Assembly (NCBI GenBank): GCA_951406725.2
Contig: OX597818.1
Span: 97,402,001 to 97,466,000, forward strand
Direction: 5' to 3'
Length of the DNA stretch: 64,000 nucleotides
From: Octopus vulgaris
Lineage: Eukaryota
The position numbers and the translations under genes were made by a program. Below, piece by piece: positions 24,235-36,550 of this stretch (positions are counted from its first letter, which is position 1; the number at the start of each line of letters is the position of its first letter). Below the pieces are notes generated by a model. That model was not told the DNA's origin. It was given only the letters and a program-made list of their open reading frames with translations, and made no database searches.

Positions 24235-24863
24235 ACTTTTAATAAAATATTGAAAACAAGCCAACGGCAGCATACATAACCCGCACTTGTTTATGATCTA
24301 AATGAAAAATTATCCTAAATAAATGAAAGTTAAACTTCTATTTGCCTGTCAGCTTTTTGCAATGAGTGAATGACAACAAAATCATAGTGATAGTGCACCA
24401 CCCTAGTGGCAATCACGGTAATACAAAACATCACAATCAGAAATACGAGTTTTACAATACTTTATGGCAATTCTCTTGGATAAAATATAAATAGCAATAC
24501 AGTTGATCTGAGAGAAGATAGCCATCGGTTACGGTACTCCCATAACTGAGTTTATGATAAATTTACGATTTCATACTTTATTCCAGTATGACACAATATT
24601 GCATTTACATGTGTAAAATTTATATATCTTTCCCCACAAAAACTACGCCAGTATATCTTTTAATAAGCGTATAATGAAACCTATTAAATTTGTTTTATTT
24701 TCCAAAAAAAAAAAAAAAAAGGTCAATGTGAAATGGGAATGCGTCTTAATTGAGAGTGCATCTTGTACTCCAGCAAATACGATACCTTAATTTTTATTTT
24801 TAAGTGATTGCTGAGTAGGAATAGTTATTTTTGAATCTTCTTATAGATGTAATTGTTTTCCAG

Positions 24864-27800
24864 ATCGGAAGGACTTCGTTGAGTTTCAAATGTAATCGGT
24901 GCGATGAGAAATTCCGAACTTTCATATCTTTAATGAAACACAGAAACGTTCCGTCCAAATATAATGACCGAAAATGCGGGGATATTTTGCCGAAGATTTG
25001 CCTTTCAGCCAGTATGGTTGACTTTTTAAAACACAATCGAAATATTAAACTATTCCAGTGCAAGACATGTCAGAAAGACTTCTCTCATATTACTTACTTC
25101 TTGGTTCATTTACGAATTCATAGCAAACAAGCTCCCTACATATGTGATTACTGTTCTAAAACATTTATTATTGGCTTGAATCTTCAGAGGCACCTGGAGA
25201 GTCACAAGACAGATGTTCTGCATCTCCCTAAATGCGAAAGCTGTTCAAATGATATTGATAAACTTATGAAGTTATTTAAAGTCGATTCTTATTCAAATTG
25301 TTGTCGGTGCCCTTTCTGTTATAAAAATATTAAAGCTGATAAAAATTTCACGGTAGCACATTTAAGAAGTCACTTTCCAGAACACTCCACTTGTGCCAAA
25401 TGTAACTTCAGAATTATCCATTACAAAAAGATAATGAGAAAGTTGAAAACAAAAGTCCTTTTACAAAGTCCCCATCGCTCGCTTAAGAGAATAGGTCGAA
25501 CGGGTAGTTCCGTGATAGAATGCGAACGCTGTGGTGAATGGTTCAAGCGGAACCAGCTTGCAATACATTTAATCTCCCATTCAATGGAGCAACTTCACTG
25601 TATGTATTGTGATGTAATCTTCAGAAGTCGTTATTTACTAAAGAAACACGAAGCAACTTGTGAAAATAAAGATGTAATTGCTAAATCAGAAGGAATGTCT
25701 ATGAAATCGGACTTGCTAAAAGAGAGAAACAACCTCAAGCAATGTCCTTTTTGCTCCCAAATTTTTTTATCTTTCACAACGTTGAAAATGCACTTACCGA
25801 CTCATGCAGAAAACTATGCTTTGAAACCAGATTTTGAATCATTAGAAGAGGATCCAGACGAAACAAATTTGGAAACAAGCTCGGAACGTATCCGTGCCCT
25901 CAGTTGCATAAATGGTGAAACCAAGACTAACGGGTCTAGTGTGAGGAATTTAAAACCAAATGCGTTTAACCACTGTAGTTTTTGCTCAGCTATTTGTCAA
26001 AATGTACCAGAACGGAAACTTCATGAAATGGACCATTACGAGATTCCAGCATCTTATTCTGAATTTTACTCGAATGAATATAAAATTCAACATCACTCAA
26101 ATTTGCTTTATCAGTGTAAATATTGCAGGAAAGTTTTCATGAGCGCCTGCAACTTTAATTCCCATATAGACTGTCACTTTAGTAAGCCGCCATTTTATTG
26201 TAAAGTCGGCCGCGAAGTTTTTACGAGTCCAGACGGTTATTTTGACCACGAGAAAGACCACTCGATATTACAAACTAGAGATAATTCTCATGCTGTTTCA
26301 TCCAGTTCTATCCGTTTGTGTGAAATATGCGGAGAAATTTTCCATAATCTAAATATTTTCAAAAAACATTTAAAATCTCATGAAATGAAGTGTATTAATT
26401 GTTCGACGCCCTTTTCCACAGATAAATCGCTTCATGACCACATGAAACATTTAGTACCAATAACAGGCGATAACGATCGATCAAGACCTGCTCCTCCGAG
26501 AGAGAACATAGATGTCGAATTAACTTTAGCAAATGCCAAGAACAACAGGTTTCCGAAAGCCGAGACATACACTTTTTCAGGTCCAGATAAAAGAAATCTT
26601 TCTGTCTCATCCCAAGGTTATGAAACTGGTCTGGATTTTGTTCCTTTCTATAAAAATAGACCAAACTTAGTTCCATCTTCTCCGTATCAATTCGAACCAC
26701 CCAAAGTTTCCAGTTTTTGTGAGAGACGACTTCTACAAACCGGAAAGAATACAAATTATTATAACCCACTGCTGTTGCAAAAAAACAAGAGCGATAGTAA
26801 TTTTTCAGTGGCTGGCAGCAATGGTTTCTCTCGCTTTAATGATGGAAACGAAGCATATAGACCCAAGCCAACTCGCGTGAATATCAATTGTAATTTTTCT
26901 AGTCGAGAGGAAATAGGTCTTCCCCACAAAAGTGTTAATAGCCCAGTAAATGAAAACTTAGGTATGGATAACTTTAATGCTTTCAAATCTATGAACACTG
27001 TTGCTGCATTTGAGCCACTCAAAATAGAACCGACTAACTCCCGGTATCAGAATCATTATTCTTGCAGCAGAAATAAACTAGAATCATCAAATATTTTTGA
27101 TAATAAACAAGAATGTGGTTTAATTTTAGACATTCCATTTGATAAATATCCCAACGCTTTAGACTTCAGGGATGAAAACCAACTTAATAATCAGAAAGAA
27201 AATGAAAACAACTCAGTTTTGATTCAAGCAGGTTCAAGCTCCACTGGAATGTCTCACTTTAAGGAAAACAATTGTTTAGTTATTGATACAAATGATAGTA
27301 GCTTAGAGCAAAGTATTTGTGAAAATTGGGAATCTAAACAAAAGGGAAAAGATTCTGATAAATTTCAGCTGAAAGAGCACACTGCATTAGTATCGGCTTC
27401 TCCATTGCAAAAACATCCGAGTAAGAGATATCAACCGGCTGATATCTACTTTTCAAAATCCAGCACAATAAAGGAAGAGTTAGGATGTCTGTCGAAGTCT
27501 AAATCAAAAAATATCTACAGCGAGTATAATTTTCCAAAATATTCGATTTCACTTGAAAACAAATCACTATATGCTACTTCTCAATCCAACAATTGTCAAG
27601 ATAAAGAAAGTACCTTTCAAAACCGAAGGAATTTCTTAAAAATTCCCGAAGTACATTCAAACTGGAACAATAACGGAAACATATCAGAAAAATTGATGAT
27701 TATAAAAATGTCCAAAACTCCAATAAAAAAGGGTGACGCTGGCTGTCATGCGTCAGTGAATGAAAACCACTTCAGTGACGCGAATAACAATACATTATGC

Positions 27801-27875
27801 GACAATCTGACAGATTACACACACACTACGTTAGCGACATCTTGTGATCATGAAGAAAACTTTTCTTTTATATAA
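24864..27875 (+). CDS. C2H2 zinc-finger protein, large terminal exon (about 10-12 dispersed fingers plus long N/S-rich tail)
   Basis: 3-kb ORF with CX2CX12HX3H motifs such as FQCKTCQKDFSHITYFLVHLRIH, YICDYCSKTFIIGLNLQRHLESH and LCEICGEIFHNLNIFKKHLKSH. Acceptor TTTTCCAG at 24863, phase 0. Confidence 0.92.
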   Translation: MGRTSLSFKCNRCDEKFRTFISLMKHRNVPSKYNDRKCGDILPKICLSASMVDFLKHNRNIKLFQCKTCQKDFSHITYFLVHLRIHSKQAPYICDYCSKTFIIGLNLQRHLESHKTDVLHLPKCESCSNDIDKLMKLFKVDSYSNCCRCPFCYKNIKADKNFTVAHLRSHFPEHSTCAKCNFRIIHYKKIMRKLKTKVLLQSPHRSLKRIGRTGSSVIECERCGEWFKRNQLAIHLISHSMEQLHCMYCDVIFRSRYLLKKHEATCENKDVIAKSEGMSMKSDLLKERNNLKQCPFCSQIFLSFTTLKMHLPTHAENYALKPDFESLEEDPDETNLETSSERIRALSCINGETKTNGSSVRNLKPNAFNHCSFCSAICQNVPERKLHEMDHYEIPASYSEFYSNEYKIQHHSNLLYQCKYCRKVFMSACNFNSHIDCHFSKPPFYCKVGREVFTSPDGYFDHEKDHSILQTRDNSHAVSSSSIRLCEICGEIFHNLNIFKKHLKSHEMKCINCSTPFSTDKSLHDHMKHLVPITGDNDRSRPAPPRENIDVELTLANAKNNRFPKAETYTFSGPDKRNLSVSSQGYETGLDFVPFYKNRPNLVPSSPYQFEPPKVSSFCERRLLQTGKNTNYYNPLLLQKNKSDSNFSVAGSNGFSRFNDGNEAYRPKPTRVNINCNFSSREEIGLPHKSVNSPVNENLGMDNFNAFKSMNTVAAFEPLKIEPTNSRYQNHYSCSRNKLESSNIFDNKQECGLILDIPFDKYPNALDFRDENQLNNQKENENNSVLIQAGSSSTGMSHFKENNCLVIDTNDSSLEQSICENWESKQKGKDSDKFQLKEHTALVSASPLQKHPSKRYQPADIYFSKSSTIKEELGCLSKSKSKNIYSEYNFPKYSISLENKSLYATSQSNNCQDKESTFQNRRNFLKIPEVHSNWNNNGNISEKLMIIKMSKTPIKKGDAGCHASVNENHFSDANNNTLCDNLTDYTHTTLATSCDHEENFSFI

Positions 27876-28273
27876 CATCCCAATCCAAACTAGCTGCCTT
27901 CGTTAGGTAACAAAGAAGAGGGATAACAACTTAAGGACTTTAAAGTTTATCGGAATAGATAAACAATATATTTTTGTTTGATTCTCTATAACGGTGTCTT
28001 TTTTTCAGCCTGCAAAATATACGGTATTTTCTTTTAATATTCTTTGAGTTTGAATCAAAATAATCCGATGAAATTAGTAAGGAATAATAATCAGATGATT
28101 AATTATGATTTTAAGAGTGAATTTATGTTGTTTTGTGAAATGTTTTGGAATATTACATTTTTGTATTTGGTTTGTAAAATTCTTGATGTAAAGTCGTGTG
28201 TAGAGAGAAATTTTGCTACACCTCAGGACGGTTATTACGCCAATAATGAACACGCGTCCTGATACTATTTCAC

Positions 28274-28476
28274 TTCTTTATTATTCGTCAATTGGTTAGC
28301 TATTTAACCAACTAACTAATCGATCGTTTTATTAATCATTCAATTAAGCTGAGAAGGTATGGTCGTCGAAGAGGTCGCGAATGGCGACGAATAAACTTGG
28401 GCAAACACAACTGATTAATCAAACAATCGACTAGTTAGTTGGTTAAACAGCTAACCAATTGAATAATAATAAAGAA
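28274..28476. mobile_element. Foldback/MITE-like element with ~65-bp inverted arms
   Basis: 28274-28338 versus 28412-28476, about 90% complementary. Confidence 0.8.
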
Positions 28477-28666
28477 ATTAAATTGAGTCAGAGCATGTGA
28501 CTATTATGGACATAATGACCCTTCCCCAAAACGCCAAGATATTTTGGAATAATTGTTTATCAAACTTACGCTTATATATTTGTTTTGCAAGATTCCTGAT
28601 GTGAAATTGTGGGCTGAAACAATTTAGGATGGTCTTTTTTGGCCAAATACACACACACACACACAC

Positions 28667-29012
28667 ATCTGTAAATGTAATATGTGACAATTATTCGGTA
28701 GCCATGATAAAACTCCGAGTTTCGGATATCAGGGTGGAAATCCACACCGCCATCTCTTTGGTTATCCGGCCATCAGAAAAAATGCTATGAAAATGTATTG
28801 AAAATGCTATGAAAATGCATTTTCATAGCATTTTTTCCGATGGCCGGATAACTGAAGAGATGGCGGCGTGGATTTCCACCCTGGTATCCGAAACTCGGAG
28901 TTTTATCATGGCTACCTAATAATTGTCACATATTACATTTACAGATAAATTCCTTTATTTATATAATATCGAGGTCTCTTTCATTCTTTTGTTGTCTTAC
29001 CATTTCTATCAA
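28667..29012 (+). mobile_element. Penelope-like pseudo-LTR fragment in inverted (palindromic) configuration
   Basis: 28667-28946 is a near-perfect palindrome with arms of about 130 bp. The right arm carries a hammerhead core and continues to a (TA)n tail. PLE assignment is inferred from this architecture. Confidence 0.6.
28841..28914 (+). ncRNA. Type I hammerhead ribozyme-like motif (minimal, PLE-type)
   Basis: UGGCCGGAUAA-CUGAAGA-[GAUGGCGGCGUGGA UU UCCACCCUGGUAUC C]-GAAA-CUC G GAG-UU/-UUAUCAUGGCUA. Near-loopless stem III, GUU site, and one extra C before GAAA. Confidence 0.55.
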
Positions 29013-29105
29013 TATATATATATATATTCGTCTTTCACTTCAAGGACACTAAAATAACAATAATAAAGCTGAAGTGAAGAACGAATCATTAGCTTAACTA
29101 GAGGG

Positions 29106-29865
29106 GCTGCTACTTTGGTTTGCGATCTACGTGTCAGGAAGCTACTTTTGTATGCGATGTTACACGTTCATATCTATGTGTATACGTAGGTATACGTCGG
29201 CATGAGTTCGAATTCCACCGCTGCCACCATGTTATGTATTCCTTTGGTTCGTTTTGGGATAACTCACTGAAGGCATTATTATGATTATGCGTGTTTATTT
29301 ACTTGGTATGTTTACAAACTGTATATGTATAGCGGAGTGATACACGTTGTGCGTATCGGCCTTAGACACAGTTCATACTGTTTACTAGATGCGCTTAACG
29401 AAATAGTACTAATAGTGGGGATGTATTCGTATACCTACGTATACACATAAATATGAACGTCTAACAGCGATTTACTCTTTATATTGCGATATACCAGAGA
29501 AGTTATACTTATCAACAACAAGGATAACACCAGTATCGGTTTCGAGAGAATGTCTAGTTAGAGAGTATGAAGCATAAGTTCGTTTTAAATTTGCTTCTTT
29601 CTAATTTCTTTTTAATAGTAAAATGTATAAAATTTTTTTTTTTTTTTTAGTTTTCTAACTGATATTCGTTTGATTTCCTCATAAAATTTTAGTAAACTTG
29701 TTTCAAATCTGCTTCATTTTAATTTTTTAAAATATATGTATAAAAATGTAAGAATGTTTTACTTAAAGCCATAATAAATAAATGAAACGTGTAGATCGCT
29801 TACTAAAGTGGAATTTGACTCTTGTAGATCACGTTAGCTACGTAGATCGCATACCAAAGAGCACC
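29106..29865. mobile_element. Non-autonomous TIR element with nested inner inverted repeat
   Basis: TIRs GCTGCTACTTTGGTTTGCGATCTACG / CGTAGATCGCATACCAAAGAGCACC. Flanks CTAGAGGG/TTAGAGGG match 7/8. Inner 33-bp IR at 29164-29196 / 29428-29460. Confidence 0.7.
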
Positions 29866-30221
29866 TTAGAGGGGGAAGTCCGCTATGGGTGGCATCACTT
29901 TTGGATCTGCTGTATTTTTTTTGGGGGGGGGTGTCAAGATAAAGGGACGTCCCGGGCGGCACACACTCTAGCTACGCTAATAGAACGAATATATTGTGTG
30001 TGGGGAAAAAATCCCGAAATAAACACTTAAATTTTGTTAAGGAATGCTCTGTTCGACTCGTTTCTGCCCCGATGAGATGGCAATTATTTTTGTTCAAATA
30101 AAAAGTTTTGTACACTAATATAAATCTTTGAAATACATTGTATTACATTTTTCTTATGTTTATTTGTATGTATGTCTTCTTATATATACATATACATGAT
30201 ATAAGAATTTTATGTAAACTT

Positions 30222-30549
30222 AGGCGCAGGAATAGCTTGCTTACGAACCACATGGTTCCAGGTTCAGTCCCACTGCGTGGCACCTTGGGCAAGTGTCTTC
30301 TACTAGCTTTGAGTGGATTTGGTAGACGGAAACTGAAAGAAGCCCGTCGTATATATGTATATTTATGTGTTTTTGTCCCCCCGGCATCGCTTCTGGTGTG
30401 CTTACGTCGCCGTAACTTAGTGGTTCGGCAAAAGGGACCGGTAGAATAAGTACTAGGCTTACAAAAAATAAGTCCTGGGGTCAATTTGCTCGACTCAAAG
30501 TGGTGCTCCAGCATGGCCGCAGTCAAATGACTGAAACAAGTAAAAGAGA
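30222..30549 (+). mobile_element. SINE family A with several internal deletions
   Basis: Family head, CORE-like segment and tail are present. Confidence 0.88.
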
Positions 30550-33500
30550 ACATGAAATTTTTTTTTTTAGAACGTGGTATCTCGAAGCGCACAAAGCTGT
30601 AAATAAAAGCGTGTAAATATTGGGTTAGAAAGACTTTGGATAGATGGAGCCCAAGGCTCCGTGGAACTTGAACCCACGTATCCCTCTTAATATAGCAGAA
30701 AATGATTTCAGAATAAATGGGGATTTGACTGCTGATTTTGGAATGTGAAGCTACCGAATGGTGCTGTGCAGTGTGTTAATAGCTAATATTTTAATGTTTC
30801 CTGCATCAAAATATTAACAATAATTATTCAGTGAAGACGGGAAACAATATTTTTCTAATATCATCGTTCTTCTATTAATTTAGTTGGAAGACAACGAAAC
30901 GAATCGTATCCGGTGGTGTGAAAGCTTATATCATGCAAGCAGCACTAAAAGCTGATTAATTGGTATTAAAATGTTCCCCTTTACGTTCTGAATTCTAATT
31001 CCGCTGAGGTCTACTTTATCTTTCATCCTTCTGGGGTCGATAAAATAAATACCAGTAAAAAACACTGTGGTCGATATTATCGACTTAGCCTTGTGCCAAA
31101 ATTTGAAACTAATAATAAAATTTCCGAGCTGTTTGATAGTTATCTCCCTTGTCAAGGGAGGCAACTACTTGGTTGTACTACTATTGTCGTACGTTGAAAC
31201 CATGCTGTTGCTGAGACAGCTCAGATGAGCGAGCCACGTCTCACGTATAGACAAATACAGAAGGCCATATTCAACAATGGGGATCAGTCAGAGCAAAAAA
31301 GACAGAGGAGCCCCAACTCGAAAGTGTTTCTAAGATCAGCAGAAACACCAGCTTACCCAGGCAGGGATAGACTCCATAGAGTGTGGGTGGAGGATTCGCA
31401 ACACAGAGGGAGGGCCAGAACTACTGCAGCGAAAGAGAGACACCAAAAGAGAAAAAAATTAATGCAACTAAATGGTTGCATTAATATACGTGTCGAAGTT
31501 TTGTTCTACTCTAGTATGTGCTGCAAGTTAATCTGACATAACCCAGCTCACTTCGAGATATCTTTCATATAAAAATATGTATCCAGCATTACAAACTAAT
31601 GAACCATTCGTCATTTATAAATTGTGCACAATGAGTTTATGTATTCATTTACTGGTTTCAGTCACTGGTGCGCCGCTGTGAGAGGTTTTAGCCAATCAAA
31701 TAGATCAACTCTCAGCTAATTTCAACCCCATCGTCGAAGCTATTTCTTTCAACATACAACTATGAATTCCTTGGCCGTCACTCACTAGTGTGTATAAATA
31801 ATCTGGTAACTTGAACGACGCTCTTGCTAATTGTTTTAGGCGTGTACGGAGTAATGGGCAGACACAGAAATGCTATCAGATCCCGCACGCTTAATCTAGC
31901 AGAACATCCAGAATGTGAAAGATGAGTCAGAATTGCACCGGCATTTGTTTTCGCTGTGTAGACAGGAACAACCTCTCACAATGATATAACGCAGCATCGA
32001 GCCGAGGAATTGAACCCACAATCTAATGATCGTGAACATCCTAATCACAAGGCTATATACCTTAATTTAAAACTTAAAATTTCACAATTTTTAAAAAATA
32101 TTTTGTTACGGTACCGTTTGGCTGAGAAATTTAACGCCAGTTTTTCAGCCATGTGGTGCACGGGAGACAATCTGCAATATACAACCTAGAAATACAGGAA
32201 TGTGAGCTGAAGAGTTGTCTCTCTTGTAATCACTTTGCGTGAGTAAAGCGGATTTAACTATCGTAAAATGAGTGGATGCTTAACATACTTAAATGTAACG
32301 AGCTGGGAAATTGTACATGTCTAGATGTTTGAAAGGGGACATGAACGATAGCGAGTTGTGAGAGATGAAATCTATAGTGTGCGGCCGGCCAGGTGAGGTA
32401 CCTACAATTTGCAACTAGTCACTATATATAATGTACATCGCTAAAACACTTAATCATCAAATTACTATGCGTTGTCGATTAAGAACTCCATGATTAATCC
32501 ATTTTGAGATGTTTTCACAGTTTAGCATCTAGTCCAACTTCGGATTCATTCATTGCCTAAACCAAGTGATAGTGTCCAACTCACACCGGTAGATTATTCA
32601 CTTATGAAATTCAAAATCTCAAAGGCATCCATGCATTACTCATCTTTCATTATTAGTTTCTCTCTTTCTGAACATCCTAGGATATGCATTTGCAAGCTCA
32701 AATACATTGAGCTTCATATTCTTTTGATAATCTCTTCTCACATGATTCCATGATCTATCCCACTGTGTGGTACCTTGGACAAGTGTCTTCTACTGTAGTC
32801 TTGGTTCGACTAAAGCCTCTGCATAGATTTGGTAGTCAGAAACTGAAAAAAGTCTGTATGTATATATAACCATACATGTAATTCTTGACTATTTTTTTTC
32901 CTTCTCTCCGGACCTTTTGTCTTTTTGACAAAAAACCATGCTCCTCTTTTTTCCATCTTCAACATTCATTGCATACATCCTTTTGATTTTCGTTGTTCTT
33001 TACCTGTGTGTATTCCTTTGAGTCTGTCCCCTGCCACTACTGGACAACTGATGTTGGAATGTAGGTCTTTGTAACTTAGTTTGGCAAAAGAGACAGAATG
33101 AGTACCAGGATTTAAAAAATTTAAATACAAGGATCGATTCATCTGATTAAAATTCCTCAAGACTGTGCACCAGTATGGCCACAGCCTAATGACTGAAACA
33201 AGTCAATATAAATATATATATATAGATGTATTAAAGACTACACTGAGTACCTCTTGCTTCTGCAACTACCAAACAAAATATCACCAACATATTGAAATAA
33301 TAACACAGTACGAAAGAGGACAAAGTGTGGAATTGTTATTTACTGCAAAAAATTATTACACAGTTATACAATTTAGGTGATAATTTTTAATGTAATGATT
33401 AATTTGAGGAAAGATAAACAAACATCTGTACCCCAGTCCCCAAACTGGGATTACTTTTAATAACAGTGTCACAAATGTATTTCTATAATCATTTTTTAGT

Positions 33501-34634
33501 GACATCATGTATCCTATACAGGGTTTTTACAATTGGCATGCTATGATCTGTTAAAACATTATCAGATTTACACCACCTTTTGACAAGAGGTTTAAAATAC
33601 TGCCAAAATAAAATTCTGAAAGAAAATTAACTTGAACTGACACAAATTAAGATATATAACATTTACTATAAAGGAAATAAACATTTTAATAAATTTCTAA
33701 ATTATAAAATTATTTTGATTTCTTGGCACTTGGTTGAAATTATAAAATGAATAAATTTTATGTTAATCAGTAAAGGAAAACAAGCACATTATTATTACAG
33801 CTCATGAAAAAGGTTACAAAAAACAAACAAAAGCAGAAATATTACATTGCTGCTGCTTTGTGAATAACAATTAGATTAGAATTTTACCTGTAAAAGTAAC
33901 CAAAAAAAAAAAAAAAAAGTAATTAGAAGACACACATCATTTATGATTCTCAAAAAGTAGTTTTTACTCTTTTAATCAGGGAAGCAAATGTAAATACAAG
34001 ATTTCATTGTGTCTGATGAATGTGAACACTTTCAGTATCTGAAAAAGCGTATTTTAGATAAGGGAATCAACACTTTTCTACTTCAAAATTATTTTATAAG
34101 AAGAAAAGTAATAACGAAAAAAGATGAAACAACAGTATCACAAGTGATTTTTTTCATATACTTATAGCTTGACTTATTACAAAATTTAAGTTATGAGTTT
34201 CTTCCCTAGACACAATTTCAGCTTCAGAGACAAAAGGGAAATGACAATGTATGATAATTATACATTGAAGGGCACTGGTGATGAAAGTGAAGTGATATAA
34301 AAATAACTGGAAGTGGAAACCATTAAATGTCAGATTTTATAAGTGAAATTTTAACATAATTTACTAAACCAACAATGAAATATAATAAACAGGAATCAGA
34401 AAAAATGTTGGAAGGGAGCAAGGATTTAAAAAAAAAAATGGAAGATATCAATATATTATTAATTATACTTAGTAAATCATTTGAATCTCAATCTTTTGGT
34501 CAGCCAAGTTGTTTGTTACTATTTCCTTATCTTCTGCAGATATCTAGCAACAGACAATTCAAATTAAATCCTGAATTCCTACTTTCTAAAGGTCTTCATG
34601 TGCATACTTAGAAAACGTGTATAAGTCTTGACTT

Positions 34635-34879
34635 CTAGCTGCTTGTATTTTCGAAACTTAATAATAGTCCTGCAAGTTTCCATAAAAGGCTAAAAATCGC
34701 AAAAATATAAATGAAATTCTCCAAAATCACTGTGAGCGAGATTTCTTCATTGTCTGTTTGAGTTTGCACTGATACTGGTGCTGTGTGAGATTTCTCTTTG
34801 TCTGGTAAATTTGGTGTGGAATAATTTGACAATGTCACTGTTGTTCGATGCCGGAGAATGGGTTGATCGTCTTTTTGGG
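34635..34879 (-). CDS. KY/hillarin-like gene, terminal exon with C-terminal hydrophobic segment
   Basis: Strong acceptor TCTTTCTTTTGTGTTTCCAG, phase 1 matching the 37-nt exon. (A)QKDDQPILRH...ISLTVILENFIYIFAIFSLLWKLAGLLLSFENTSS*. Confidence 0.65.
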
Positions 34880-34969
34880 CTGGAAACACAAAAGAAAGAT
34901 AACAGTTTGAGCGACTTGAATTTCATTGTTTAACCATAACTTTATGTTTATAACTATTTACACTACTTT

Positions 34970-35177
34970 AATCCTTAAGCATTTAAACTGGCCATATCTG
35001 GCTCAAACAGTCTACACATCTTATGTTGCAACTCACCAAATTGGGCCGTTCACACCTACCTTACCTCTAAAACTAAATAGCCACATCATTAAAATTTCAA
35101 AGCAACAAGATAATGCAAAACAATGTGATAAAATAAGCATTACACTTGACAGACTCACCTGAATGATAAAAGGTTAA
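34970..35177. mobile_element. piggyBac-type MITE, diverged copy of the 61839 family
   Basis: TTAATCCTTAAGCATTTAAACTGGCC...CTGAATGATAAAAGGTTAA. Confidence 0.7.
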
Positions 35178-35244
35178 AATCTGCCTATTCTTTGATCATC
35201 TTCAGGTGAACTGTTTCTATCATTAACACTCTATTATCTCAGTT

Positions 35245-35459
35245 AAGGCGGTGAACTGGCAGAAACGTTAGCATGCCAGGCAAAATGTGTAGCCGTATTT
35301 CGTCTGTATTTACGTTCTGAGTTCAAATTCCGCTGAGGTCAACTTTGCCTTTCATCCTTTCGGGATCGATAAATTAAGTACCAGTTACATACTGGGTCAA
35401 TCTAATCGACTGGCCCCCTCCCCAAAATTTTCGGGCCTAGTGCCTAGAGTAGAAAAGAT
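35245..35459 (+). mobile_element. SINE family B, full length
   Basis: AGGCGGTGAACTGGCAGAAACGTTAGC head. TA(T/C)TATCTCAGTT on both flanks. Confidence 0.9.
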
Positions 35460-35983
35460 TACTATCTCAGTTGTTTAATGGTTTTGTAGATACACAACTG
35501 GAGGAGTTTATTTTAATTTACTGAATGAATGTTGGGCAAGGACAAATGACCAAGACCTTTGGCAATATGCCATGCTTGAGAAGAAAACCTATCAAACTAA
35601 GTGAAATCATAGTCATGGTGGACACTAGTGCCATACAGCTGGCATCCATGCCAGTGGCATGTAAAAGCACCCATTACACTCTTGAAGTGGTTGACGTTAA
35701 GGACATCCAGCCATAGAAACCATGCCAAATCAGACTGGAGTCTAGTCTAGCCTTGGTCAAACTGTCCAATCCATGGACAATGGATGTTAAATGATGATGA
35801 TGATGAACAGAAGCAATACTTTACAATAATTTCTTACATTTATATTTTAATCACTGTCATCATAAGTCAGGCATCATCTGCTCTCAACAAGTTGAACACC
35901 ATGGCCACTATCTTGGTCTTCCTTAATTATATTTTAAGTCTGTCCTATTCTATATATTATTCAGTTTCATAATTGTTAAACTG

Positions 35984-36096
35984 TCACATTGCAGGATATC
36001 TAGAGTTGCCTAAACTAACTCCATTTGCAGCTGGCAGATGTTTTGTTGGGGCAAAAGTAGAATGTTGCTTGTGTATACAGGAAGAAATTTGAGATT
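35984..36096 (-). CDS. Possible alternative terminal exon of the KY-like gene
   Basis: Acceptor TTTTGATAG in phase 1, open frame (E)SQISSCIHKQHSTFAPTKHLPAANGVSLGNSRYPAM*. Weak polypyrimidine tract. Confidence 0.3.
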
Positions 36097-36550
36097 CTAT
36101 CAAAATCATACCATTTAAAAAAATACCACTCACCAAAATAGAGGTGTGTGTGTGACCATTGAATTGTAAAGTTGGTGCATCATATACATTACTTCTTGGC
36201 ACTCATGTCACCTTTCTGAGCTCTGAGTTCAAATACTGCCAAAGTCATATTTGGCTTTCATCCTTTCAGGGTCAACAAAATACCAGTCATATACTGGGGT
36301 TGGTACTTTTCTCCTTGAATTGGTTGCATTGCACTGAGGAAACGGTCATGAGGGAACCATTCACAGCATTCCTTCTTCCAGAAATGGGAGAAGGGTTAAA
36401 TGAGGGGTTAGCCACCTCTTAGCATAGATAAACTAATATGGTACTGAAACTGTCCAAGGACAAACTGATGTGTGGCAGAGCACAGAACAGAAATAAAGAT
36501 TATTTTTAACAATTAATATCTACATTAGTTATATGCTCGGTGAAAAAAAA

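Noticed and set aside
24393-24411. CTCF-like motif CACCACCCTAGTGGCA
   Set aside because: Only a partial match; not distinguishable from chance without ChIP data.
24831-24863. ORF-track start of the zinc-finger protein (TTG at 24831)
   Set aside because: Intronic sequence upstream of the CAG acceptor.
31180-31536. 103-aa ORF beginning MSEPRLTYRQIQ
   Set aside because: At most a scrap of a mariner HTH; too degenerate to call.
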